Shown: positions 22,393-33,328 of the stretch, piece after piece | How positions within the stretch are numbered: position 1 is the stretch's first letter | How the letters are laid out: each line of letters starts with the position of its first letter | From: Neophaeotheca triangularis | Lineage: Eukaryota | Assembly: GCA_054600435.1 (NCBI GenBank) | Contig: BAAIJX010000010.1 | Location: forward strand, 434,001 to 498,000 | DNA: 64,000 bases | Direction of reading: 5' to 3' | Notes under the pieces: generated by a model | Told to the model about the DNA's origin: nothing | The model's database searches: none | The model's input: only the letters and a program-made list of their open reading frames with translations | Program-made: the position numbers and the translations under genes

Positions 22393-25300
22393 ATGCGCAC
22401 ATGTACTCTATCACACACGTTGAGGCATGAAGGACGTCTTACAAAGATTCTTCGCAACCTTCACAACCGCTCTCACGTTGCAAGCGTAAGGCGCTCTTCG
22501 TCCAGTACTACTGCAACTACTACCACCACCACAACCACCACCACTACCACTTCACTTTCCTCCTCTGCACCACCCCAAGTCGTCGCCACCCCGATATATC
22601 GTCACCAAAGACCCACTTGCTCTCTTACTACTTCGCTTCCCTCGTTCAGACTCCCCTTCCCATCCACATCCAATCCTCGCTGCGCACGCAAATACGCCAC
22701 CATGACTGAACAGCTCTCTAGCCGTCCAGGCGGCATTGAACGCCTCGCAGACAAGATGGAAAAGCCCCTCATCGATACGCGCCAATACCGCGTGATTCGC
22801 CTGCCCAACCAACTCGAAGCACTCCTCATCCACGACCCCGAAACCGACAAGGCATCAGCAGCCATGGACGTCAACGCCGGCAGCTTCAGCGACTTCGACG
22901 ACCTCCCCGGTGTTGCCCACGCTGTCGAGCATCTGCTGTTCATGGGCACCGAGAAGTACCCGGGCGAGAACGATTACAATCAGTACTTGACCAAGTACGG
23001 CGGGTATAGCAATGCCTTCACAGCCTCAACTGACACCGTTTACTACTTCGAGCTCAGCGCTTCGGCGACAAGCAACAGTCAAGCGAGCTCGGCGGCTTCG
23101 AGTCAGCAGAGTTTGGCCGTGGGCAAGGAGTCGGCGCCGCTGTATGGAGCACTCGATCGCTTTGCGCAGTTCTTCGTCAAGCCGTTGTTTCTAGAGGATA
23201 CTGTCGATCGCGAATTGAGGGCTGTGGATTCGGAGAACAAGAAGAACTTGCAGAGTGATACATGGCGCCTTCATCAGTTGAACAAGAGTCTGTCCAGCAA
23301 GAAGCATCCATACCACAAGTTCTCGACGGGCAACTACGAGATTCTTAGAGATGAGCCCGTCGCGAGGGGTGTCAAGATCAGGGATGAGTTTATCAGGTTC
23401 TACAATGAGAACTACTCGGCGAACCGCATGAAGCTGGCTGTGCTCGGCAAGGAAGGGCTGGATGATTTGGAGAGCTGGGTCAGAGAGCTGTTCTCGGACG
23501 TGCCGGATCAGAATCTGCCGCAGAACCGATGGGATGGCATTGAGCCGTACGGACCGGACGAAAAGGGCACGCAGGTGTTTGTAAAGCCCGTCATGGATCA
23601 AAGGCGGTTGGACATTTACTTCCCTTACCCTGATGAGGAGGACCTATACGCTTCGAAGCCGGGAAGGTACATCAGTCATTTGATCGGGCATGAGGGTCCT
23701 GGAAGCATTCTCGCATATCTCAAGGAAAAGGGCTGGGCGAACTCTCTTAGTGCTGGAGCGTCACCCATGTGTCCTGGCACTTCTTTCTTCGCCATTCAGC
23801 TCATGCTCACCGAGGAGGGGCTTAAGAACTACAAGGAGTGTGTGCAAGTCGTCTTCCAGTACATTGCCATGCTCAAGGAGCAGCCGCCTCATGAGTGGAT
23901 AGTGGACGAGATGGGCAAGATTGCCGAGGTCGAATTCAAATACAAGCAGAAGAGTCCTGCTAGCAAGACGACGAGTGGATTGAGTATGGTTATGCAAAAG
24001 CCTTTGCCTCGGGACCAGCTTCTGAGTGGAGGATCTCTGATTCGCGAATTCAACCCTCAAGGCATCAAAGCTGGTCTGGATGCACTGCGACCCGACAACT
24101 TCCGCATGACCCTCGTCAGTCAAGATTTCCCCGGCAACTGGGATCAAAAGGAGAAGTGGTACGGCACCGAGTACCGCTACGAGAAGATTCCGTCCGACTT
24201 TATGGCTTCCATCGTTGCCGCGGGGAATGCAGACGCAAGCTCTCGTCCAGCTGGCCTCTTCCTTCCTGGCAGGAATGAGTTTGTCCCGCAACGTCTTGAT
24301 GTCGAGAAGAAGGACGTCAAAGAACCCGCACTCTCGCCCAAGCTCATTCGCAACGATGAGAACATCCGCACCTGGTTCAAAAAGGACGACCGCTTTTGGG
24401 TACCCAAGGCCAACATCGACCTCTGCCTGCGTACTCCTGTTGTCAATGTCTCCCCGCTGACAGACGTCATGACTCGCCTTTTCAGAGATCTCGTCGATGA
24501 CCAACTCAATGAGTACTCCTACGACGCCGATCTCGCCGGTCTCGAATACAGCATAGTCCCTCACTCCACTGGCATCGACATCACCGTTTCGGGCTACAAC
24601 GATAAGATGCCAGTCCTGCTCGAAAAGGTCCTCGTCACCATGCGCGATCTGGAAGTTCGCGACGACCGCTTCGAAATCGTCAAAGACCGTCTGCTACGAG
24701 GCCTCCGCAACGCAGAATACATGGAGCCCTTCCGCCTGATCAGCAGTTACAGTCACTGGCTCTTCTCGGAACGAAACTGGGTCACGCACCAACTCGCCGA
24801 GGAACTGCCCCTTGTCACCGCCGCCGACGTCCGCGCCTTCATCCCGCAAGTCATGCGCCAAATGCACCTTGAGCTCCTCGTCCACGGCAACCTTTACAAG
24901 GAGGATGCGCTGCACATCACCAACCTCGTAGAGCAAACCCTGCAACCCAAGCGTCTCCCACCCGCGCAGTGGCCACTCAAACGCTCTGTCGCCCTCCCCG
25001 AAGGCAGCGACTACCGCTACGTCCGCACCCCCGCCAATCCGGACAACGTCAATCACTGCATTGACTACCTTCTCAGCGTTGGCAGCAACCTCGACCGCCC
25101 CCTACGAGCCAAACTCCTCCTAATCTCGCAAATGATCTCTGAGCCCTGCTTCGACACTCTGCGCACCAAAGAGCAGCTTGGCTACGTCGTGCACTCTTCC
25201 GCTCTCATCTTTAGCACTGTCGCTGGTTTTCGTGTGCTCATTCAGAGCGAGAAGAATTGCGAAACGCTGGAGCGGTATATCGATGATTTTTTGACCGGGT

Positions 25301-26171
25301 ATATGACCACCCTGGAGCAGATGGAGGACAAGGAATTCGAGGAGCACAAGGTTGGGCTCATCAACAAGCGCCTAGAACGCTTGCGCAGTCTGACGCAGGA
25401 GAGTGAGCGCTTTTGGCATCACATCACCGGTGAAGTATACGATTTCGAGCTGGGTAAGTCTTATTCCCCTCGCAACAATCACACCATCCCCTCAGTCCCA
25501 TTACTAACCTTGCGCCAGTCCACCACGACGTCGCCAACATCGAACCTCTCACCAAATCCGACATCTTAGCTTTCTACGGCAGACACTTCCTCCCCACCTC
25601 TCCCGCGCGAGCCAAGACAAGCATCCACCTCGTCGCCGCCGCTTCTTCCCCTGCCGCCGACCCCGACGCTTCCCCTGCTACCAAACTCGCCGCAACGCTA
25701 TCGAAGATTCTAACCCAAATCGGCGTCGAGGACGTCGATGCCAAAGCTTTGGGCCAGAAGTTCGAAGACGCAAAGGTGGAAGTTGGCAAGGAGACGGATG
25801 GGCAAGGGGTTTTGCAGGTCGTCGGGGCGTATTTGAAGGGTTTGGGCAGTTTGGCTGAGGAGGAGGTGGAGGCTGTTGTGGAGCAGGGACGGTTGGTGTT
25901 GCCGCAGTTGCTTGCGGGGTTGAGTGGTAAGGGCTCTGAGACTGGGAGTGGGAGCTCTAGTCAAGAGAGTCTTGTTGATGGATCCGCTAAGGGGTCTGCT
26001 AATGGGTCTGTCAACGGTTCTGTCAACGGGTCTGTCAACGGCGACGCCAAAAAGAAACAACCCGTCCTCATCGAAGACATGCGAACATGGAAGGCCGGGA
26101 TGCCGCTCAGTCTCGCTTCGAGGCCTAAACGGGCTTTGAGCGAGTTTGAGGAGCTAGAGCCGAAGCTGTAA
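22393..26171 (+). CDS. STE23: M16A metallopeptidase (insulysin / a-factor-processing STE23 family)
   Basis: HxxEH motif (HAVEHLLFMGTEKYP), SNAFT, LIGHEGPGS, LRTKEQLGYVV. Intron 25454-25518 restores the frame to the stop at 26171. In-frame ATGs at 22393 and 22702. Confidence 0.95.
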
Positions 26172-26743
26172 CGTATGCTTGCCGCGGATTTGGCTCCTTA
26201 TTGTACGGGTGTTTGGACTTCACAGTCCTGAGAGTGGCGCTGAGGAGGGTTAACGTGAGTGAGATTGTGGAGATTTAGGGTGAATTGATGAACTAGAGGA
26301 ATGACTACCTAGGTTGTGTATGTTTGAAAGACTCGACTTTGTACCAAGGGAGATTTTGACCCGGGAGGGAAGCTTCTCGTGCGGTGTTGATCTGGCGCTC
26401 ATGTCACGGTCTCGGGCTTTTCATTGACTTTCCGGATCGATAGGTGGGTCCTTGGGTATCGACCGGATGCATTTGCCCGGGATACTATTTCATTGCGTAT
26501 CCTCTGTGGCCACAGCTTCTCCCGGCAGCACCCAGCAAGATCAGCTATGACAGCGAGGCCGCCTTGCAGGCAGAATGCAGCCTTTCTCGCTCGTCACTAT
26601 AGTGTAGCTCGGCGACAGACAAAAGCACGACATCGCCGGAGAGAAAAGTGAAGAAGAGGAGAAAACGAAACAAAACTCCATACCCCACGCAATCCCGCTA
26701 TCTACGCAAAACTAAACACACCGTTTCTCACTCGCTCACGCCG

Positions 26744-28174
26744 CTACTGGACCAAGCACCTGGCCCCTGGCGCCGCATTCTCCATTCCCTCAACCTCGAC
26801 GCCGAGCTCACTCCAGCTCTGCTCGTCATCCTCGCCCTCACCCTCGTCGTCCGCGTCCTCCTCCTCCTCCTTCCCATACTTCTCCCACAGCCTCTCAGCT
26901 CTCCACTCCTCCTCCTCCTCCCGGTCCATAACCCCCTTCGCCGCGGCCTCAAAAAACTCATCCGCTTCCGCATCCGCCTCATCGTCCTCGCTATCGCTAT
27001 CCCCGTGCTTCTCCCACAGCCTCTCCGCCCTCCAGGCCTCGTACTCGGAAACCTGCGGCGCCAACTCCGCGTACCACGGCGCCTCCGCTGCGGCATCCTC
27101 GTACTCGTCGAAAAACGCCTCGTACCCGCACTCCGCTCGCTCCTTCTCCGCTCGCTCCCTCTCCGCCTGCTCCCTCTCCGCCCGCTCCTTCTCCGCACCC
27201 TCGCACCACCCACACCGACTCCGACACCCAGCGCCCAAGCACCAAAAGCAAAACCTCTCGCCCCAAACAGTCAGCCCGCGCTCTTCCGCCAACCGCTCCC
27301 GGCAACAACACGGCCCCTCGGCCATGACCCACGCCCGCTCTTCCTCGACGCTCGGCACATGGTCCGGCAAGCACACGAAGCAACCGCTCGCGTTGCACGC
27401 CATGTTGCGCCCGTGCCCGGCTGCTCCGGCGACTTCCCATTCCGGGGACGGGGTGAAGTTGCAGCCCGCGCAGCCGTGGCAGGCCTTGTAGTCGCCGGCT
27501 GCGAGGTGGGAGGCGCAGAAGCAGGGGGTCAGGGTGGTTGGGGAGGTGGGGTTGGGGCTTCCGCCGGGCGGGTGCGTTGCTGAGCCTGGGAGGTCGCAGC
27601 AGCCGGTGCAGTTGTAGTAGGCTGCGTAGTCGGGGGGGAGGAGGGGGGTGCGGTAGGTGGCGGGGGTGGGAGCGGCTGGGAGGGAGGTGCCGGGGGCGAA
27701 AGGCGGCGCCGCGTGCGGGCCTCCGGTGGGTTGCTGCCTTGGAGGGCAGTGCACGTCGCAGCAGCCGACGCAGTTGTAGTAGGCCTCGTAGTCGGCCGGG
27801 AGGAGGGGGCCGCGGTAGGTGGCGTGGGTAGGGTCGGCCGGGGAGTAGGGGGTGGCCTGGTGTCCGAGCGAGGGCTGGGGGTTGTTGCAGCCGTGAGAGG
27901 GGTGGCAAGCTGCGTGGTCGCCGGCGAGGAAGCAGACGTTGCTGGTGCAAGGGTTGGGGTCGGCTGGGAGGGTGGCGTTGGCGTTGGCGTTGGCGTTGGC
28001 GGCAGAGACCGGGTCCTCGGGCTCCTCCCTGCAGCTGCTTTCGAGAGCGTCCAAGCCCCTTCGGATCTGGGCCAGCAGCCCTTCGATCCTCTGGGCTTGT
28101 CTCTCGCGCTCTTCACGCGGGGCGGCTCGGTCGGCTTGGTATTGCCCAGAAGCTGTGGTGGAGGTGTTGGACAT
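26744..28174 (-). CDS. Orphan protein with Cys/His-rich repeats, an acidic C-terminal region and a terminal CaaX-like CLVQ
   Basis: 476-aa ORF with caccATG start, a CA-rich leader and TATAAG about 115 bp upstream. Internal peptide repeats support real coding. Confidence 0.7.
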   Translation of the reverse strand: MSNTSTTASGQYQADRAAPREERERQAQRIEGLLAQIRRGLDALESSCREEPEDPVSAANANANANATLPADPNPCTSNVCFLAGDHAACHPSHGCNNPQPSLGHQATPYSPADPTHATYRGPLLPADYEAYYNCVGCCDVHCPPRQQPTGGPHAAPPFAPGTSLPAAPTPATYRTPLLPPDYAAYYNCTGCCDLPGSATHPPGGSPNPTSPTTLTPCFCASHLAAGDYKACHGCAGCNFTPSPEWEVAGAAGHGRNMACNASGCFVCLPDHVPSVEEERAWVMAEGPCCCRERLAEERGLTVWGERFCFWCLGAGCRSRCGWCEGAEKERAEREQAERERAEKERAECGYEAFFDEYEDAAAEAPWYAELAPQVSEYEAWRAERLWEKHGDSDSEDDEADAEADEFFEAAAKGVMDREEEEEWRAERLWEKYGKEEEEDADDEGEGEDDEQSWSELGVEVEGMENAAPGARCLVQ

Positions 28175-28909
28175 GGTGTTTGATTTTGTATTGTGATTGC
28201 TGTTGATGAATGTTGTGTGGCAATGTGAGAGTGATATGGTGGAAGAAGAGACCAGGGACAGGGAGCAGGAAAAACTAGAGGAGAATCTTATACTCTACTC
28301 GGCCGTGAAATGTCCTCGTCTACCTACCTCTCTTGGTACCTAGCTGTGAAGTCCTCACCTTCGTCGCTCATAGTGGCCAGGTGGGTGAGGACATGTTTCT
28401 CGCGCGAGGTCTGCTGAGTAGAAGACGAACAGGCCGAATCCGTGTGGCTCTCACTTTCCCGGCGCCCGCCACAGTTTCGTCGCAGATGCACGCATACAGC
28501 TACTCAAGTCAAAAAGTGCGCGCGTTAGGCCTCCATCATCCTATCTTCCCGACATGAACGTTGTCGCAAGTCGCCGCGAAAGATGCGAGAAAGTGCTGCC
28601 GAATAGGAGGTGGCGACTTCCAGCTGACGGTGTCCTCACATTCGGCCACGGCACTTACGCTCAGCCCCAGCAGTTCTTACACAATTCTCGACCTGTGCGT
28701 CTACACTTTCCCACTTGTCCTGGCATACCTGCTTCCGTGTTTGTCAGTCGCTCATCGCCAGTACCGACCGAGGACACCAGGAAGCTGACCGCGAAAAACC
28801 AACGGAATTCTGCTGACCAGAAAGCGACATCTATCCACTACTCTATGCAATCGTGCACCCGTGCTTTACGCCAGAAAGCACTCTGGATTATACGCCAACG
28901 TCGAGGCTG

Positions 28910-29748
28910 CACAGAATACCCATCTCCACGTTGATTGCGTCGTTATGACACCGCCGATGGTCGGCCCATTGGAGTCGACTGTCAGCTTACATTTTTGACT
29001 GGAAAAGGAAACTAGTGAGCTTTATTCACAGTACAGCTGGCACAACAAACACTTTTCCCAGTGTTGCACTCATCATGCCAACCATCTCGGACGGCGTGAT
29101 TTCCAGTAAGGTAGTCAGCGGCAGCGAATACAAACCCGCGCCGCCAAAGCCCTGCTGAGCGCAGAACGCAATAACTTGCTCGAGAGACTGCGCGAGCCCT
29201 GCGCCGAGAAAGAAAGCAGTCAGCGACGACTAGAGCCTACTGCATCCGTTAGCAGGCTACTAATCACACAGGTCGCGGGCAGAAGCTTACAGCGAGAGTG
29301 GCACTCTTGCGACCAACGACATCGCTGACCCGGGAAAAGACGAATGCGCAGCCTGGGAGCGTGAGACTTTGGAGAATTTCAATTTGGGTCTTTGGCGCCC
29401 GTACCAAAATAGGCTAGAAGATAGGCCAACTCCACCCATTGGAGTTTGACGAAATCGTCGTGGTATGAACCCATGGTAACCAGGGCCGTGCCGACTATTG
29501 ATGAGTCCCTGAATTTTGGAACGAGGCTGAAGCCCAAGTTGGGTGGAAGCCTGGAGCTGTTAGAGGAGGTAGTTTGCGGAGTAGTGGACGGCAGGAGGCC
29601 TCACCAGAACTGTACCACATAGAGCTGCCAGCCATGAAGCTGACCATTCGGAGCGATTTCGTCGCCCACGGCTGCGTTTCCTTGTGAGAGTGGTCTCTTC
29701 AACTTTGAGCTCATGTGGTTCAGACATGCTTGTGAAGTCGTTGTTCAT
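28910..29748 (-). pseudogene. Truncated, degraded DHA2 (EmrB/QacA-type) MFS efflux transporter
   Basis: Spliced fragments LHGWQLYVVQF, SSIVGTALVTMGSYHDDFVKLQWVELAYLLAYF, FSRVSDVVGRKS, QQGFGGAGLYSL and GPTIGGVITTQSTWRWVF. There are frameshifts, one acceptor reads CAA instead of CAG, and similarity stops after WRWVF. Confidence 0.8.
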
Positions 29749-31161
29749 CTGCTCTTTCGCCGTGTGAAATATGCACGGGAGAGCGACCGAGCGCCGCTGG
29801 GGCTATAGTCCATGGCGATTAGTATGTGACCAAGGCACCTAGCTATGCGTTTCGTCCGTAGCATCGTGCAGAGCATCTTGTGTCCGTATCGACCGCGGAA
29901 TTCTGCGCTAGGAGGTAGAATACATATATGGACCACCTTCAGGCTTCAGCTCCTCCACTTAGTGAGATGCAGCTTATTGGGAGACGATCCCAGCCCGGTT
30001 TCCACAATGGGCGGTTGTGCTATCATCGATGTGCCATGGGGCTTTCCTGGTGGCGACGCCATTCAGAGGGTTTAGGAACACTTTGTCAGAGAGCCCCGAC
30101 TGTGTTTTCGAATCACCGCTTACAACCTCGACATAGCGCGATCGTGTGATAAGTCATGGTCATCGCTGGAGAGATAGCTTGACTGCCTCTCAGGAGAGGT
30201 ACCGAAGCACTTCGTCGATCTTGTGCAAGTCTTGGGCGAGGAATCCTATTCGAATGGGCAGCGTGGATGGAAATTTTAATACAGCGAACAGGGCCATCGA
30301 GATATGCTATTAGGATGGAGAGGTCCGAAAAGGCCTGGTATTTCTCGGCGCTTAGAGTCTAGAGATGACCGGACAGAAATTGGTGTCGGCTTGCGAGAGG
30401 GGAGTTTTCAAGTTCCAGTTGCTTGGGTGTGAGACTAAACTTCTAATCTCTTTCTTTCCGACCGGCGGCTTCAGTGGGTTGATTCCTCGGGATGACGACA
30501 ACACTCGTAGTGTTGAAGGAGATTGGTCCGACCTATTGCCATTGCTTCATGTGTACAATCCTTATCTCCCTATATAGATTGAGCGTCCAAATCAATGTCT
30601 CCCGCTGGTAGAGTGGCATGGACGTTTGGAATACCTTTCAACCACAACACCAACGTTGGCTCGAATGCTTCCCACGATACGGAGAGTCGTAGCTCAGGGG
30701 AAAGAAGTTCCAAGTTTCGGATAGAGCGTAGGCTTTGACAGGGTGGGCGGGTGATTTCAACTCGCATCTAAACGCCATGTCCGTCCCGGACGAAAGTGCG
30801 TGGAGGCATCTCGAAGGAGTGCTTGGCTGGTCTTATGAAGGCGTTGTGATAGCCAGGAAGAGAGTAAGGCGATCTCGAGGTCGGTCAGTGAGGTGCTAAG
30901 TTAAGTCTTTCGGAGCTCCATGCTTACTACCTCCTATGCTACCTGTTTACGGGTTCTGACCTTGTCTTCGCACGTATAGTGAGAATCTAAAGTGTCTTCC
31001 CTTCAAAGTGAAGTTGAAGCTCATGTACTTATGCACAAGATCCTGCATAGCTGCACTTATGAAAACACAAGCCTGCACTACTAGCGACCTCGACTTCAGC
31101 CTCTAGTCTCCCACATACACCTCCATCTTACCCTTACTACCGCGACCCTACCACCGCAGCC

Positions 31162-32604
31162 ATGGCCTCTCCACCTCCAGGCTACCCCGCGGCCTCACCC
31201 CCCGCTTCAAACAACATGGGTATGTCACGTCAACGATCCGGGCTAGCCCTGCCCACGCCTGGAGCACCCATCTCGAGGAAACCTTCTGGCGCAACCTCAC
31301 CAGTATCGGCCCACCCCCTCCGCCAGTCCTCTTTTCCACCCGAGAACAACCCTCAGGGCACTCGCACATACAGTCCCGAAGCCGAAGACCCCGAAATAGG
31401 CTCCGCAGACGATATTTCCGACAGCGAGCTTATGGGGCCAGCTAGCAGCATAAGTGGACCGGGCAACCCCGAAGGTGCCAGCGAAAACGCACCTAAAGGC
31501 ATCAAACGGAAACGACGCGGTGAGAAAAAGGGGCGTGGTCGTCCTCCCACCAAGGACCGCAATTCAGCCCTCATGCGCGGCAGCAGCGCGAGCGTCGCCA
31601 ACGGTCCCGAGGACGGCGGCGGCAGTAGCAACAAAATCAAACGCAGCGGTGCTCCCTCGACTATAGCAGGAGGAGGAGGTGGTGGTGCAGCTGCTGCGGC
31701 AGAAGAAGAAGCTGAGGATTCTGAAGAAGAAATGACACAAGCCCCAGGCGCTGGGGGCAAAGGCACTGGTAAAGAAAGCCTCTACACTCTCGAGACCCCT
31801 TTCACTCTGCAAGAAATGCGCGGCGACAACGCCAATATGGCGCTCTTCCGCAATACCGTCGAGGAAGTCTTCCACAAACCCAACCACGCGCGCCGTTTCG
31901 ATGCCTGGCGGCAGGGCAAACTCAAGACAACCGAAGTGCGCAAAGTAGTGAACCAAACGCTCTCCCAAAGCGTACCCCCAAACGTCGTAACCACCGTCAG
32001 CGCTTTCGCTAAAATGTTCGCCGGCATGCTAGTAGAAGGCTCGCGCGGCGTGCAAGCCGAGTGGGAAGTCATGCGCCCCGAGCGCGCAGATGGCAAACCC
32101 AATCCCGCCAACAAAAAACTCCGCCTAATGCAAGGAGTCCCAGAGGAATCCCCCAAAGCGCAGCAACAACCAAATAACACCCAAAATTCCACCACCACAA
32201 CAACCGAAGACCCGGACATCCAAATCATCTCCCCACCCCCAGCCAAGCCCGCTCCCAAATCCCCCACCTCGTCGCCCGCGAAACCAAACATCAAAACCTC
32301 GCAATCCCCCCCACCCCCCGCAGCGCCCTCAACAGCCACCTCGCCCTCGAAACCACATTCCCCTCACTACGCCTCTCCCGCCGTGCAGCCCCCCTCCAGC
32401 GACCCAAACCTAGGCCTAGCGACCAACATCCACGAAGCCGATCGCGGCCCCCTTACCCCGGATCATTTGCGCGAAGCGCTCCGCAGGTATAAACGGCGAA
32501 CTGCGGGTGGGGTCGTAGGTTTCACGGGTCTGAGTCTGCAGGGCCGGGAGGGGAGTGCGAGTAAGTTGGGTGGGGGAAGAGGGAGGGGGAGGCTGTTTAG
32601 ATGA
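31162..32604 (+). CDS. TAF11: TFIID subunit TAF11 (TAFII28 histone-fold) protein
   Basis: RRFDAWRQGKLKTTEVRKVVNQTLSQSVPPNVVTTVSAFAKMFAGMLVE and C-terminal GPLTPDHLREALRRYK. Confidence 0.9.
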   Translation: MASPPPGYPAASPPASNNMGMSRQRSGLALPTPGAPISRKPSGATSPVSAHPLRQSSFPPENNPQGTRTYSPEAEDPEIGSADDISDSELMGPASSISGPGNPEGASENAPKGIKRKRRGEKKGRGRPPTKDRNSALMRGSSASVANGPEDGGGSSNKIKRSGAPSTIAGGGGGGAAAAAEEEAEDSEEEMTQAPGAGGKGTGKESLYTLETPFTLQEMRGDNANMALFRNTVEEVFHKPNHARRFDAWRQGKLKTTEVRKVVNQTLSQSVPPNVVTTVSAFAKMFAGMLVEGSRGVQAEWEVMRPERADGKPNPANKKLRLMQGVPEESPKAQQQPNNTQNSTTTTTEDPDIQIISPPPAKPAPKSPTSSPAKPNIKTSQSPPPPAAPSTATSPSKPHSPHYASPAVQPPSSDPNLGLATNIHEADRGPLTPDHLREALRRYKRRTAGGVVGFTGLSLQGREGSASKLGGGRGRGRLFR

Positions 32605-33073
32605 TGTTTTCGTCCAGAGGATATTGGGGTCTCTGGAAGGTTCGAGTGGAATGAATATACGAAGTCGTCGGGAGCGAGGGGTTTGGGAGTGCGTGGTTGT
32701 AAGAAGGGAAGGGCGAGCTAGGGCTGGGTCTTGGTCAGACGGCACTTCGACGCTGTGTGGATCGCGCGCTTTCTACTCAAATCGGGTTCACGACATTGGA
32801 GCTAGAGCAACGCGCATCGTTACAGTGACCGGGTCTGGTCTGGTTTGCTGTGCTTTGGTGCAAAAGCCTGCTTTCGACTACCCACCCAGTCACTGCAGCT
32901 GGGTATTGCTACGACTCGGTTGCCTCCCAAAATCCTCTCAAAGTAGGTGGACTCTCGAGTTTTTTTTTTCAGCTGGCTCTCAGCCAGACATCTGGTTACT
33001 CCAATCAAGCGTACGTGCGTGCTTTCAGCGAGGCGTTGTGGGTACGATTGCGGTAGAAGCAATACCCTATTAG

Positions 33074-33125
33074 ATATCATAAAACGAGACATTACTCTTT
33101 TGAATATTATAAAACGAGACATTAC
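33074..33125. repeat. 22-bp direct repeat, period 30
   Basis: ATATCATAAAACGAGACATTAC (33074-33095) and ATATTATAAAACGAGACATTAC (33104-33125), downstream of RPL4. Confidence 0.8.
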
Positions 33126-33328
33126 AAAGCAAAGCTTGATGATAGCAAAGAAAAAGTCTCTCAAGCCAGGTCTTGCAAGAAATCTTGAGAAATTGCATAG
33201 AAGTAGACAGACGGACCGTAGTACACCATCTATCTGAGTATCAAGTTTGATAAACCGTCCTAGAAGAGCAGCGCTCGATAAAAAGAACCTCAACTCTCCG
33301 TTCCCCCAACGTGCAAGATCACAACACC

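Noticed and set aside
29800..31050. Possible further gene relic between the MFS pseudogene and TAF11
   Set aside because: Composition looks coding-like but no family motif could be recovered in any frame.
33130..33240. Possible C/D box snoRNA (TGATGA ... CTGA) downstream of RPL4
   Set aside because: Box C is imperfect, there is no terminal stem, and I could not identify an rRNA-complementary guide.
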